Positions 39,056 to 51,365 of a stretch of DNA of 64,000 nt are shown one piece after another; the first letter of the stretch is position 1, and the number at the start of each line of letters is the position of its first letter. The position numbers and the translations under genes are program-made. The stretch is from positions 25,730,001-25,794,000 of the forward strand of contig NC_043000.1 of assembly GCF_006345805.1 (NCBI RefSeq). The letters are read 5' to 3'. The notes below the pieces were generated by a model, which was given only the letters and a program-made list of their open reading frames with translations, was not told where the DNA came from and ran no database searches. The DNA comes from Octopus sinensis. Taxonomy: Eukaryota.

Positions 39056-39440
39056 ACTCTTTTACCTGTTTCAGTCATTTGACTACGGCCATGCTGGAGC
39101 ACCGCCTTTAGTCGAGCAAATCGACCCCAGTACTTATTCTTTGTAAGCCTAGTACTTATTCTATTGGTGACTTTTACAGAACCGCTAAGTTACTGGGATA
39201 TAAACACACCAGCATCGGTTGTTAAGCGATGTTGGGGGGGGGGACACAAATACAGACACATAGCATATACATATATACGACGGGCTTCTTTCAGTTTCCG
39301 TCTACCGAATCCACTCACAAGGCTTTGGTCGGCCTGAGGCAATAGTAGAAGACAGTTGCCCAAGGTGCCACACAGTGGGACTGAACCCAGAACCATGTAG
39401 TTCATAAGCAAGCTACTTACCACACAGCTACTCATGCGCC
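39056..39440 (-). mobile_element. SINE family A
   Basis: Reverse-complement homology. Confidence 0.75.
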
Positions 39441-39654
39441 TATTGCAGTGTTAGGATAAATTTGACAATTTGTTTTATCTCCTTTTTACAGAAACAGCTT
39501 GATGGATTAACAGTTAATGCCAGCGTTGGAGAGCATAAAGCTTAAAATTATTGTTGGGAAAAAGTTAGCAGACACAAAAAACTGGAAGCCATTTGAATAT
39601 TGGAAAAGAGTTACTTGTATCAGGATTTGCACTTGGTGTCAAAATGCTGACATC

Positions 39655-40100
39655 ATTATCATCGATTAATTTCCGTTTTCCTTGCTAACATGGTTTGGAC
39701 GGTTCAACTGGGGTCTGGGAAGCCAGAAGGCTGCACCAGGCCCAGTATGATCTGGCAGTGTTTCTACAGCTGGATGCCCTTCCTAACGCCAACCACTCCG
39801 TGATTGTAGTGGGTGCTTTTTACGTGCCACTGGCACAGTGGCCAGGGGAGGCTGGCAACAGCCATGATTGGTTGATGCTGTTTACATGCCACCAGCAGAG
39901 AAGCCAGTCAAGGTGGTGCTAGCATCGGCCACCTTCGGATGGTGATTTTTATATGCCACCAGCACAGGTATCACAACTACAATTTCCATTTGATTTTTAT
40001 TTTGATGTTGATGTACTTGACTCAATAGGTCTCCTCAAACACAGCAGGTCGCTCTACAATCCAAGGTAAGCACAGCAGGCTGTCCTGCAATCCAAGATAC
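39655..40100 (-). mobile_element. RTE 3'-UTR relic
   Basis: Reverse complement of the same block. Confidence 0.65.
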
Positions 40101-40199
40101 TTTGAATGGGCTGTCATGACTTGTGCCATGTTCTGTGAACATTGTAAAGTCTGTATGATATAACAGAGGCAGCTGCAATGGAGACTATGAAGCCATAGG

Positions 40200-40795
40200 C
40201 AACAGGAAGGGACACAAGCATTCCGACTGTGTCTGCACACTGGAATTCATTGAACAACTGATAAACAGGGCCTTAAACTCAATTCAGAGAACTATGTGAA
40301 GCTGCTGGAGACTTGGTCAATCCTTGGCTGAAGAGGACTACTGTTGGAAGGCCATATGAATGGCACCTGGATTCAGTTCTTTGCCATACCTCAGGAAAGA
40401 GTCACAAGTGGTTGTCATAGAATTTCTATAACTTCACCAGTCCCAATGCCTGACCATCTAATTCCCCAAATTGTAATCTCATGGATTACTATGTGTGGGA
40501 CACAGTTAAGAAAGGCACCAACCGTTCTGGCTGCAACACCAAGGCCAAGCTGGTGGCCAAGATGAAGGAGGTATTTGAAGATCTTCCCAGGGACACAGTG
40601 AAGAATGCATTGGCCATGTTCCAGAACTGCGCCATCTTGCAGCCGTGGTGGAAGCTGAGGGCAACTTCTTTGAGCAAACTGTTAGCTCACAGCCAAAATC
40701 TTGATATTTTCTAATTCTTAAAATACTTTTATTCTTGGTTAGGATATTGTATTTTCTTTTCCTTGTATGCAAACTCAAATTTAGCCCAAACTCCG
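40200..40795 (+). mobile_element. maT-like Tc1/mariner relic
   Basis: DYYVWDTVKKGTNRSGCNTKAKLVAK; same motif family as 2864-3675. Confidence 0.7.
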
Positions 40796-40796
40796 T

Positions 40797-41160
40797 GTAG
40801 TAGCTTGCTTACAAACCACATGGTTCCAGGTTCAGTCCCACTGCGTGGCACCTTGGACAAATGTCTTCTACTATAGCCTCAGGCTGACCAAAGCCTTGTG
40901 AATGGATTTGGTAGACGGAAACTGAAAGAAGCCCGTCGTGTGTGTGTGTGTGTATGTTTGTGTGTCTGTGTTTGTCCACCCAACATCACTTGACAACCGA
41001 TGCTGGTGTGTTTACATCCCCATAACTTAGTGGTTTGGCATAAGAGACCAATAGCGTAAGTACTAGGCTTACAAAGAATAAGTCCTGGGGCCGATTTACT
41101 CAACTAAAGGCGGTGCTCAAGCATGGCCACAGTCAAATGACTGAAACAAGTAAAAGAGTA
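40797..41160 (+). mobile_element. SINE family A
   Basis: Homology. Confidence 0.75.
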
Positions 41161-41866
41161 TAGGCCAAATCTTTGGAAATGTTTTTGTAGGAGAGTAGAG
41201 GAGAGATTCTTAATCAAAAACTGAATTACAAATAGAATAAAACAATGAAGAGAAATGGTTGAAATTTTGATTGTTTTTTGTAGTATATTTTATTTATGTT
41301 TTTCAGATTTCAGAAAATAAATGAGAGTATGGGTATGTGTATGTGTGTGTGTGTATGTCTGTATGCGTGCGCATGTGTGTGTTTGTTTGAGGTAATGGGT
41401 TAACATGTATAGAGAGGGGAGGAGAGACAGAGAGAGAGGAAGAGAGGATGATGAAAGATGATAAATATATGAAGTATTGATTGCCTATTGATGTATTGAT
41501 TGCCTATTGATGTAGATGAAGGATGTTTTTTTAATAATAAAAAAAAAAAAATAGCTGCACATAATGTAAAAACATGCAGTTAGACTGATGTTATATCTTG
41601 AGGCTTGCTCAGGCAGATGGCATTAATCATGCACCAGGTTGCACATTAAGACATGCACCTTACTGCACATTAAGTCCAACAAGTCCATTTTTTTTGCTAT
41701 AATTTCAATTACCCTTTTTTTTTTGTCTTTCATTGGATTTTCTTTTTTTTGTTTTTCTTTCCATCTGTTCTTCTTGTGGTCTCTTCATTTTATTCGCCTT
41801 CCTCAATGTTCCAAATGAGGCCGGATGTTATGGGATTGAATACTTAACCGATTGAATCCCCAAACT

Positions 41867-41976
41867 TCAAAACTCTTGTTCTTCGGCAAGATCATACTGT
41901 CGAAATTTGTCAAGGTTATAAAAACTGGCTTTGACGACACGTCCACCAAAATATCGACCATTCAAGTCAACAACAG
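41867..41976 (-). CDS. RBM17: RBM17 exon 11/11 (UHM end, stop)
   Basis: ttttcag|..TTT TGA; AVVDLNGRYFGGRVVKASFYNLDKFRQYDLAEEQEF*. Confidence 0.96.
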
Positions 41977-42315
41977 CTGAAAACAGAGAGAAAAACAATA
42001 TTAAACACTAAAATTTCGTCTGTCTTTACATTCTGAGTTCAAATTCCACCAAAGTCAACTTTGCCTTTCATCCTTTTAGGGTCAATAAATTAAGTACCAG
42101 TTGCATACTGGAGTCAATCTAATCGACTGGGCCCCATCCCAAAAATTTTAGCTTCCAGATTATTGTCCAATGTAATGTTTATTTATCCACAATGTTTTGA
42201 ATTAATCATGCATTATTTTGTACTTTTGAGATTTCAATGATGTGATTGTTCATTTTAAAAATAACATTGTATGATAGGTATGAGAGGCCAGATTTGGCCA
42301 GTCTGCACATAAATG

Positions 42316-42608
42316 GGACCAGACCTGGAATATTTGGACCAGATCTGGAATATTTGGACCAGACCTGGAATATTGAACAAGACCTGGAATATTTGGACCA
42401 GACCTGGAATATTTGGACCAGATCTGGAATATTTGGACCAGATCTGGAATATTTGGAGCAAATCTGGAATATTTGGACCAGACCTGGAATATTGGACAAG
42501 ACCTGGAATATTTGGACCAGACCTGGAATATTTGGACCAGATCTGGAATATTTGGAGCAAATCTGGAATATTTGGACCAGATCTTGAATATGTGGACCAG
42601 ATCTGGAT
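42316..42608. repeat. 20-bp minisatellite, about 14.7 copies (ggaccaga[c/t]ctggaatattt)
   Basis: Units counted directly; 19-bp and gagcaaat variants recur. Confidence 0.95.
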
Positions 42609-42852
42609 GGTTCAAACATTAAAAAGTTAAAACAGGCCTTGACCTCTAGTCAATTTCACATTCTACAAGTCTTCAGGATAAATCAAAAAGTAAAGGTGTT
42701 AATCCCTACCAAAAGACAGATGTCTGCTATGGTCGTGTGTCTATTCAACTAACCTTTACCCGCAATTCCATTCCACACCTAACACAATCCAATCAGCTCC
42801 ACCCTTAAACAGTTCGAATGTCCCCCACTAACATCAAACAAACATACAATAC

Positions 42853-42925
42853 CTTTTATGGCTGACTCGACTCTTTCGAATTCAACAAATATACGAACTG
42901 CTTCTTCATCATCACACCCGGGTAT
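42853..42925 (-). CDS. RBM17: RBM17 exon 10/11 (UHM)
   Basis: tttaaag|..AAA G|gtattg; IPGCDDEEAVRIFVEFERVESAIK. Confidence 0.96.
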
Positions 42926-43961
42926 CTTTAAAATAGAAATAACAACAACGACAGCTGTTAAAATACTTGCAACTGAATCTGAAACAGGTTTATTTACCAC
43001 AAGGAAGAAATAAGCAAAAGGGAATTAAATTTTACAGGATCATCATTTTAACATCAGTTTTCCATGCTGGCATGGATCAGATGGTTTGACAGGAGCTGGC
43101 GTGTTGGGGTGGATGGGGGGGGCTTATCAGGCTCCAATTGTCTGTTTTGACATGGTTTTTACAGCTGGATGCCCTTCCTAATGCCAACCACTTTACAGAA
43201 TGCACTGGGTACTTCTTATATGGCACCAGATCCAGTGCATGTGGTACGAGAAACGACAAGGACACCGAATAGCTTGCAAAACAAAAAAACCCTCAGCTGA
43301 GAGGAGGAAGTAGTAGTGAAGTGGGTGGGGCTTTGTGCCATTTAAGAGGGATTAGAAGTATAGAGGGACAGAGATATGTGTCCAGCTGTAGAGTAGATAC
43401 ATGAATACTCCAGTCGAAAAAGAAGGGAGCATGGATTAGAGTAACATAAAGAGAACAGGCAAGTCATTGAGTATCAGTGAGTATATGTAAATAAAAAACA
43501 TTAATAAAGTGAACGGGGAGATGGGGGTGGATTTTATGAAATTTAAGAACATCATCATCATAATTGTTTAATGTCCGTCTTCCATATTGGCATGGGTGGG
43601 ATGGTTCTGTGACTGTTTTGGCAGGATTCTTACAGCTGGATGCCCTTCCTAACACCACCCACCCAGCAGAGTGGACTGAATGCTTTTTACGTGGCACAAG
43701 CACAGGCGAGGTCAGTTTTAGCAAGATTTTTACAGTTGGATGCCCTTCCAAACATCAACCACTTTACAGTGTGGATTGGGTGCTTTTTAAGTGGCACCTG
43801 CACTGACAGGGTCACCAGGTAACCTGCAAGACAACAAAATCTTTTGGGAGAGGAGAGGGCATTGGAGGTGGTGATCTTGTGTCAGATGACGAAAGGTTAT
43901 AGTGAAACAGAGAGACAGAAACAGGTGTCTTGCTGTAGAAGAGGTACAAGGTACCCTGCTG

Positions 43962-43998
<37 letters not shown>

Positions 43999-44719
43999 GA
44001 CAGAAACAGGTGTGTTGTCACAAAGGAAATACATGGTAACCCAACCTGATGGGAGCACAGGAGGAGACAGCAGGATAGAGATGGCAGTAAAGTGCAGGAC
44101 ATACACACAAGGGATGGGGATCAGAATATAAATGGGATGGTTGAGTAAAGGAAGAGAGAGATATAGATGGTGGAAAGTGCCAGGGCATACCCCGGAGGGT
44201 CAAATGCCATAATATAAGTGGCAGGATATTGCGAAAGAAGTGGGATTAAAGAATGTGGAGTGGAGAGTGAGTGGTGAAAACCTGGGTATATATAGAGGGG
44301 GGGAGGCTACCGGATAGGAATGATACAGAGAAACAGGGCCCGTGAGGACAGGATTGGGGAGTGAGAGGTAGACATAATGCATGAAGGAGGAGATGTAGAG
44401 GTATAGATTGGTTTGTTGGAGTGGGGTGTGTGGAAAGTTTTATTGTTACATAGGGGTGCAACACACAGGTCAAGGGCTAGCAGATAGCAATGATACAATG
44501 AGACAGGACCGAGAGGACAGGATTGAAGTAAATCTAACAGATTGGGGGTGGAGGTAAGCATAGTGCATGAAAGAGGAAATGTGAGGAAGAGAAGAGATGT
44601 AGTTTGGTTTGTTGGAATGGGGTGTGTAAAAAGTTTTATTGTTACATGGTGGGGTGGAAGACACAGGGCTTCTAGAACTCAGTTTTGCTAAAGTGGGCAG
44701 ATCTCAAGAATCTCATATC

Positions 44720-44870
44720 ACTAGATATCTTGGTCCATTGTCATTTCCTCCATGAGGCCCAGCATCCTGAGTTCAGTCCTCACCTCTTCATCCCATGTCT
44801 TCCTGGGTTTCCCTCTTCCACAGATGCCATCCACTTTCAGTGATCGGTACTTATTTATACACACAGGCCG
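44720..44870 (-). mobile_element. RTE LINE fragment
   Basis: GICGRGKPRKTWDEEVRTEL. Confidence 0.7.
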
Positions 44871-44995
44871 GGAGTCAGCAGATAGCAATGATACAATGAG
44901 ACAGGGCCCCAAGAGGACAGGATTGGGAGGTAAGCATAGTGCATGGAATGGAAAAGCAAGGAAGAGAAGAGATGTAAAATATCAAATAAACTTAC

Positions 44996-45094
44996 CTCAA
45001 ATATCAAGCATTTGACCACTTTACCATATTTGGCACATTCCTCAGCAGTTTCTGGCTCTAAATCATCGTCAACTTCACCAGACCCAACCATATT
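44996..45094 (-). CDS. RBM17: RBM17 exon 9/11 (UHM)
   Basis: ttttcag|..TTT GAG|gtaagt; NMVGSGEVDDDLEPETAEECAKYGKVVKCLIFE. Confidence 0.96.
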
Positions 45095-45501
45095 CTGAAA
45101 ACAAATCGGCATTGTTAGCATTTACATATCATCATCATTATTGAAAGTCTGTTTACCATGCTGTCATGGGTTGGATGGTTTGACAGGAGCTGGCAAGGTG
45201 GAGAGCTGCACCAGGCTCTGGTTATTTGTTCTGGCATGGACCCAGCATGCACCATCAAGCAAGAATACAAAGCAGAAGCAAAAGAAGCAAGCAAGCAGCA
45301 TATATATATACATATATATACATATATGATATGAGATGCAGCACGAATATTTGTCAGTGAACAGGTCGTGGTCTCAAAGTGACGAAAATATTTTGCCAAA
45401 TTAAATTTAAATGTTGAAGTAAATCTAACAGATTTTGTGTGTTTCTTAAATGGCTTATAAACACCTTCCACGCTGCAATTGTTCATAATTGTTCGATGAT
45501 T

Positions 45502-45559
<58 letters not shown>

Positions 45560-45593
45560 TATAGCCACAGCCTCAGGGCTAAAACACATAGAA

Positions 45594-45637
<44 letters not shown>

Positions 45638-46884
45638 GTAAATATACACACACATATATGTTATATGTCATCATCGTCACCATCATTTAACATCTGTCTT
45701 CCATGTTGGCATGGGTTGGATGGTTTGTCAGGAGCTGGCAAGCCAGAGGACTGCACCAAGCTCTACTGTCTCTTTTGGCATGGATTCTATGATTGGACGC
45801 TCTTCCTATCACCAATCACTTTACAGAGGAGCCTGGGTGCTTTTCGCATGGCACCAGCACTGGCGAAGTCTGTTTTGTGATGGTTATTTTATGGCTGGAT
45901 GCCCTTCTTAGTGCCAACCACTTTGCAGAGTGTGCTGGGCGCTTTTTATGTGGCACCATCACCAGCAGTGCCATATAAAAAGCACTGGTGCTGGAACCTT
46001 GTAAAAAGAAAAGTGTGTGTGTGTTCGTGCACCCCCTCCCATATTTTGATTATTATGTGACGGTTGTAAACAAGCATCACCATTGAGCAAGCTGTGTTCA
46101 TTGTTTCTAGTGTTCTATGGAAACATATCCAGCCATGAGGAAATATTACCTTCCTTGGAAACAGGTGAGGCTTGGAAGCAGGGAGGGCATCCAGCTGAAC
46201 AAAATATGCCTCAACGAATTCCTCCTAACCCATGCAAGCATAGAAAAGTGGACGTTAAATGATGACAATGGTGATTGTGTGTTTATTTGAGCGTTGAATG
46301 AAGGGAGATAACTTTGCTACACCTATGACTCGTTGAAATGAGAAGCAGGAAATGATTGCCAACAGATACACTTCTATGGACATTAACAGCTCTCTCTCTT
46401 AAGGGAGTCTTTATAGAACTTTCCTCAAATGCCATCCCATAACCCTTTGAGAAGGGAGAACACTTTTCTTCTTTATCATTTGCCTTTCAGTCACTGGATT
46501 GCGTCCATGCTTTGAAGGATCTTTAGTCAAACAAACAGAACCCGTTACTTATTTTTAAAAACTGGTACCTATTCTATCAGTTTCTTTTACCAAACTGCAC
46601 AGTTATGGGAATATAAACAAACCAACACCAGTCACCAATTGGTGGTGGGGGCAGATATAAACACAAAGACAAACACATATACAACAGGCTTCTTTCAGTT
46701 TCCGTCAACAAAATCTACTCACATGGCTTTGGTCAGCACAAGGCTATAATAGAAGACATTTGCCCAAGGTGCCATGCAGTGGGATTGAACTCAAAACCAT
46801 GTGGTTGGGAAGCAAATTTCTTACCACAAAGCCACTCTTGGATAGAAATGCCAAAACACAGTTTATGTTGTATTTCACAAGGTT

Positions 46885-47760
46885 AACATCATCATCATCG
46901 TTTAACATCCGTTTTCTATGCTAGCATGTATTGGACGGTTTGACTGAGGTCTGGCAAGCCAGGAGGCTGCACATGGCTCCAGTCTGATCTGGCACTGTTT
47001 CTACAGCTGGAGGCCCTTCCTAACGCCAACCACTCTGAGAATGTAGTGGATGCTTTTTACGTGCCAGTGACACAGGAGCCAGTAAGGCAGGCCTGGCATC
47101 GACCACATTCAGATGGTGCTTTTTACATGTCACCGGCATGAGAGCCAGTGAGGGGGCACTGGCCACAGCTACAATATTGGTTTTACTTGACTCAACAGGT
47201 CTTCTCAAGCATATCATATTGCACGATGCATCAGGAGTACTCTTAACTGGGCTGGACACACATGGCTGTGATCTCATTTTAGTTGCCGGGTTTTCTCCAT
47301 CACAGCATATCTCCAAAGGTCCCGGTCTCCTGTCATTACCTCTGTGAGGCCCTATGCTCAAAGGTCATGCTTCACCACCTCATCTCAAATCTTCCTGAGT
47401 CTACCTCTTCCACAGGTTCCTTCAACAGTTAGGGAGTAGCAGTTCCTCACGCAGCTGTCTTCATTCATACATAACACATGGCCATACCTGCACAGTCGTC
47501 TCTCTTGCACATCACATCTGATGCTTCTTACGTCCAACTTTTCTCTCAGGGCACTTACACTCTATCGTGTATGCACACTGACATTACACATCCAGCAGAT
47601 CATACTGGCTTCATTTCTTTCAAGCCTATACATGTCCTCAGCAGTCATGGCCCATGTTTCACTGCCATGTAGCATAGCAGTTTGCACCCACTCACCATAC
47701 AGTCTACTTTCACCCTGAGTTAACAACCTATGAAGGAAACACTGCAAGTGAGAAATAGCA
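46885..47760 (-). mobile_element. 5'-truncated RTE-clade LINE
   Basis: RT C-terminal remnants AMLHGSETWA..RLERNEASM and GRGRLRK, then 3' UTR and (GAT)n tail. Confidence 0.8.
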
Positions 47761-47864
47761 GCCACTAACTCTGTTAGACAGATACCTCCACTCCACAATC
47801 ATCATATCACTCGAAACAATACTTATCTTTTATAGTAACAGAAATACAAAGAATCTTCACTTAC

Positions 47865-47935
47865 CCGCAACAATATCACTTTTGATGGGTGTTTCAGTAA
47901 GTTGGAATTGGTAACTGTCATATCCCGAGGTGGAT
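47865..47935 (-). CDS. RBM17: RBM17 exon 8/11
   Basis: tttaag|..TTG CGG|gtaagt; PPRDMTVTNSNLLKHPSKVILLR. Confidence 0.92.
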
Positions 47936-48004
47936 CTTAAAGAAAAACGCAGAAAAAAAATTTTAAGAAATTTTTCATTAAATAGCTATATATTAAAAAT
48001 AAGC

Positions 48005-48161
48005 ATAGGAGTGGTTGTGTGGTAAGCACCTTGCTTACGAACCACATCGTTCTGGGTTCAGTCCCACTGCATGGCACCTTGGGCAAGTATTATCTACAAT
48101 AGCCTCAGGCCAACCAATAGCTTGTGAGTGGATTTGATAGACGGTAACTGAAAGAAGACCG

Positions 48162-48211
<50 letters not shown>

Positions 48212-48390
48212 GTGTGTATATGTTTGTCCCCCCAACATCGCTTGACAACCGATGCTGGTGTGTTTATGTCCCCGTAACTTAGCGGTTCGGTAAAAGAGAC
48301 CAATAGAATAAGTCCTGGGGTCGATTTCTTCGACTAAAGGCGGTGCTCCAGCATGGCCACAGTCAAATGACTGAAACAAGTAAAAGAGTA
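48005..48390 (+). mobile_element. SINE family A
   Basis: Homology. Confidence 0.75.
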
Positions 48391-48976
48391 AAAATAGAGT
48401 TTCTATCATAAGCCCACTTCCGGAAATTTAGAGAAAGGGTTAGTCAACTTAACTATATAAGCTCCCAGTATTTGACTGATTCTCTTTTTATCAACCCCAG
48501 AAGAATGAACAAAGTTGACCTCCACAGAATTTGAACTCAGAACACTACCATCACTACCAACTTATTTTCTTCCCAGTGACTCACCCACCCTTATATAATG
48601 CAGGGTAGCTATGTATCTTCTCAATATATATCAGAATACCTCTGCTTGTCCTTAGCATAACGTTAGTGCTCCCACTCGCAAATATTTCTTCAGGCAGCAC
48701 TGGCATCAGTCACACTTGAATAGTGCTTTTAGTATGCCACTAGCACAAGTGCCAATCAGGTGGCAATGGCATTGGCCACAGTCGAGTGGTGTTTTTAGCA
48801 TGCCACTGGCACAAGTGCCAATCATGCAGCACTGGCATCGGCCATGCTTGAATGGAACTTTTTATGTGCTACTGGCATGGGAGCCAGTCAGGTGGCACTG
48901 GCAATGGCCACGATCAAATGGTGATTTTTACACGCCACCAGCATATATAAATCTGTTATAAAAACTTTCTACCTAC

Positions 48977-49128
48977 CTTTCTGCATGTCCTTTTCATGAA
49001 TGATTTTACCACCACGTTTGCTGGTTTTCTCCACAAACAAGGCCGTGCTCATACCTTGTTCTTGTTTACCTAAGCCTTGTCCTTCTTTATAACCGTATTT
49101 AGCCATAATCTTGGAAGCAACAGAACCA
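48977..49128 (-). CDS. RBM17: RBM17 exon 7/11 (G-patch)
   Basis: attttag|..AAA G|gtaggt; GSVASKIMAKYGYKEGQGLGKQEQGMSTALFVEKTSKRGGKII. Confidence 0.96.
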
Positions 49129-49438
49129 CTAAAATCAATGAAACACAACAAAAAGGAACAAAGTTGAAAGGTTATGCATAAAAATATATTTTGTAGCATG
49201 GAATACAATTATTATTTATTATTATTATTATTATTATTCAGGTCATTGCCTGGAATTGAACTCGGAATCTTGGGGTTAATAGCCCGCGCTCTTAACCATT
49301 CGCCCATATGCCAGTGGGCTCCTTATGACATACAATGTTTAGAACTGGATTAACATATAAAACAGAAAATGCAAGGTTTTAGAAGACATTATGCAACTCT
49401 GAATTTAGAATATGATCATGGAGATCAAGAAAAATAAC

Positions 49439-49484
<46 letters not shown>

Positions 49485-49549
49485 TCTGTTACTTGTTTCA
49501 GTCATTTGACGTGGCCATACTGGAGCACTGCCTTTAAAAAGCTAATGCC

Positions 49550-49610
49550 TGCATCGGCCGGGAGTCGAACCCGAATCGACTGCTTGGAAGGCAACCATGC
49601 TAACCGTTAC
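49550..49610 (-). tRNA. tRNA-Gly(TCC) pseudogene, first about 11 nt missing
   Basis: gtaacggttagcatggttgcCTTCCAAgcagtcgattcggGTTCGActcccggccgatgca. Anticodon and T arms are intact; the 5' acceptor strand is replaced by (AT)n. No CCA; T5 run 9 nt downstream. Confidence 0.85.
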
Positions 49611-49624
49611 ATATATATATATAT

Positions 49625-50050
49625 CATCCTCATCATCATCATCGTTTAACGTCCGCTTTCCATGCTGGCATGGGTTGGACAGTTTAACTGAAGGCTGGCG
49701 AACCAGATGGCTGCACCAGGCTCCAATCTTGATTTGGCAGAGTTTCTACAGCTGGATGCCCTTCCTAATGCCAACCACTCCAAGAGTGTAGTGGGTGCTT
49801 TTACGTGCCACCGGCATGGGAACTAGTCAGGTGACACTAGCACTGACCACACTCGAATGGCGCTTATTACATGCCACCGGCACAGGAGCCAGTTAGGTGG
49901 CACTGACATTGACCATGCTCAAATGGTGCTTTTCATGTGCCACCAGCGCAGGAGCTAGTCAGGTGGCACTGGCTTCAACCATGCTTGAATGGTGCTCTTT
50001 ACATACCAGTGAAGCAGCTCTGGTTCCAATCAGGCGGCACTGGTAATATC
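49625..50050 (-). mobile_element. RTE 3'-UTR relic with about 4 internal repeat units
   Basis: catcatcgtttaacgtcc start; repeated gccagt..gaatggtgc units. Confidence 0.7.
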
Positions 50051-50159
50051 ATTTAATATACAGAGGCACTGTGCCTAAAAGATTGTGTAGAGATATGTGG
50101 CATTTATTGCATCTCTGAAGCATGAAACTATTAGTAGCTCTTTTGGTTTTTTTTTTTGT

Positions 50160-50522
50160 TTATTTGTTTTAGTCATTTGACTGTGGCCATGCTGGAGCAC
50201 CGCCTTTAGTTGAGCAAATCAACCCCAGGACTTATTCTTTGTAAGCCTAGTACTTGTTTTATCAGTCTCTTTTGCAGAACCACTAAGTTAGGGGGATGTA
50301 AACACACCAGCATCGGTTGTCAAGCGATGTTGGGAGGACAAACACAGATACACAAACACACACACACAGACGCATGCACACACACACACATACGACGCGC
50401 TTCTTTCAGTTTCCGTCTACCAAATCCACTCACAAGGCTTTGCCCAAGATGCCATGTTGTGGGACTGAACCCAGAACCATGTGGTTGGTAAGCAAACTAC
50501 TTACCACACAGCTACTCCTGCA
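50160..50522 (-). mobile_element. SINE family A
   Basis: Homology. Confidence 0.75.
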
Positions 50523-50834
50523 CATATTTGTTTATAATCTATGACTTAGCAGTTCATCAAAAAAACCAACAGAATAAGCACTAGGTTTCAAAGCAAAAAT
50601 AAATATTGGTGTTGATTAGTTTAACTAAAATTCTTCAATGCAATGCTCCAGTATGGCCATAGTCTTATGACTGAAACAAACAAAAGAAAAAAACTTCTCT
50701 CAACTCTTTTTAGAGCCCCACTTACAACAGATCCCCTTCTGTTATGACCACACCATCAAAGAGAACAACCAGTTCTCTCTGTAATCGTTTGTTACAACAA
50801 CCACAAGGTATTACTAGTGGCAATACAGACTTAC

Positions 50835-50907
50835 CCAAGTCCTATGCTGAATCCTAATGGTGGCGGTGATGACGCTCTCTCACTGTTTGGTGTGGCTTCT
50901 GGCGTTT
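50835..50907 (-). CDS. RBM17: RBM17 exon 6/11
   Basis: tttgtag|..CTT GG|gtaagt; TPEATPNSERASSPPPLGFSIGL, phases fit. Confidence 0.87.
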
Positions 50908-51019
50908 CTACAAAAGAGTAACGGAATACAACTGAATAAAATTCGGAAAAAGGAATAAAGAAAAAAAATGGGAAAAAAAGAATGACAGGAAAACAAACAA
51001 CAAAATTAAAAAATTGAAA

Positions 51020-51365
51020 TACAAGAAGTGTCGCCTTACTGGCACTTGTGTCAGTGGTACGAGAAAAAAACATTCAAGCGAGGTCATTGCCAGTGCCACT
51101 GGACTGGCTCCTGTGCAGGTGGCACATAAAAAACAACCATTTGAGCATGGCCGTTTCCACTACCGCCTGACTGGCCCTTGTGCTGGTGGCACATAAAAGC
51201 ACCCACTACACTCTCGGAGTGGTTGGCGTTAGGAAGGGCATCCAGCTGTAGAAACTCTTGCCAGATCAAGATTGGAGCTTGGTGCAGCCATCTGGTTCGC
51301 CAGTCCTCAGTCAAATCGTCCAACCCATGCCAGCATGGAAAGCGGACGTTTAAACAATGATAATG
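51020..51365 (+). mobile_element. RTE 3'-UTR relic
   Basis: Same block. Confidence 0.65.

Noticed and set aside
42206-42630. Six overlapping ORFs, and a CRISPR-like look, at the 20-bp array
   Set aside because: The units are contiguous with no spacers, the context is eukaryotic and no cas genes are present. The ORFs arise from the repeat lying in an intron.
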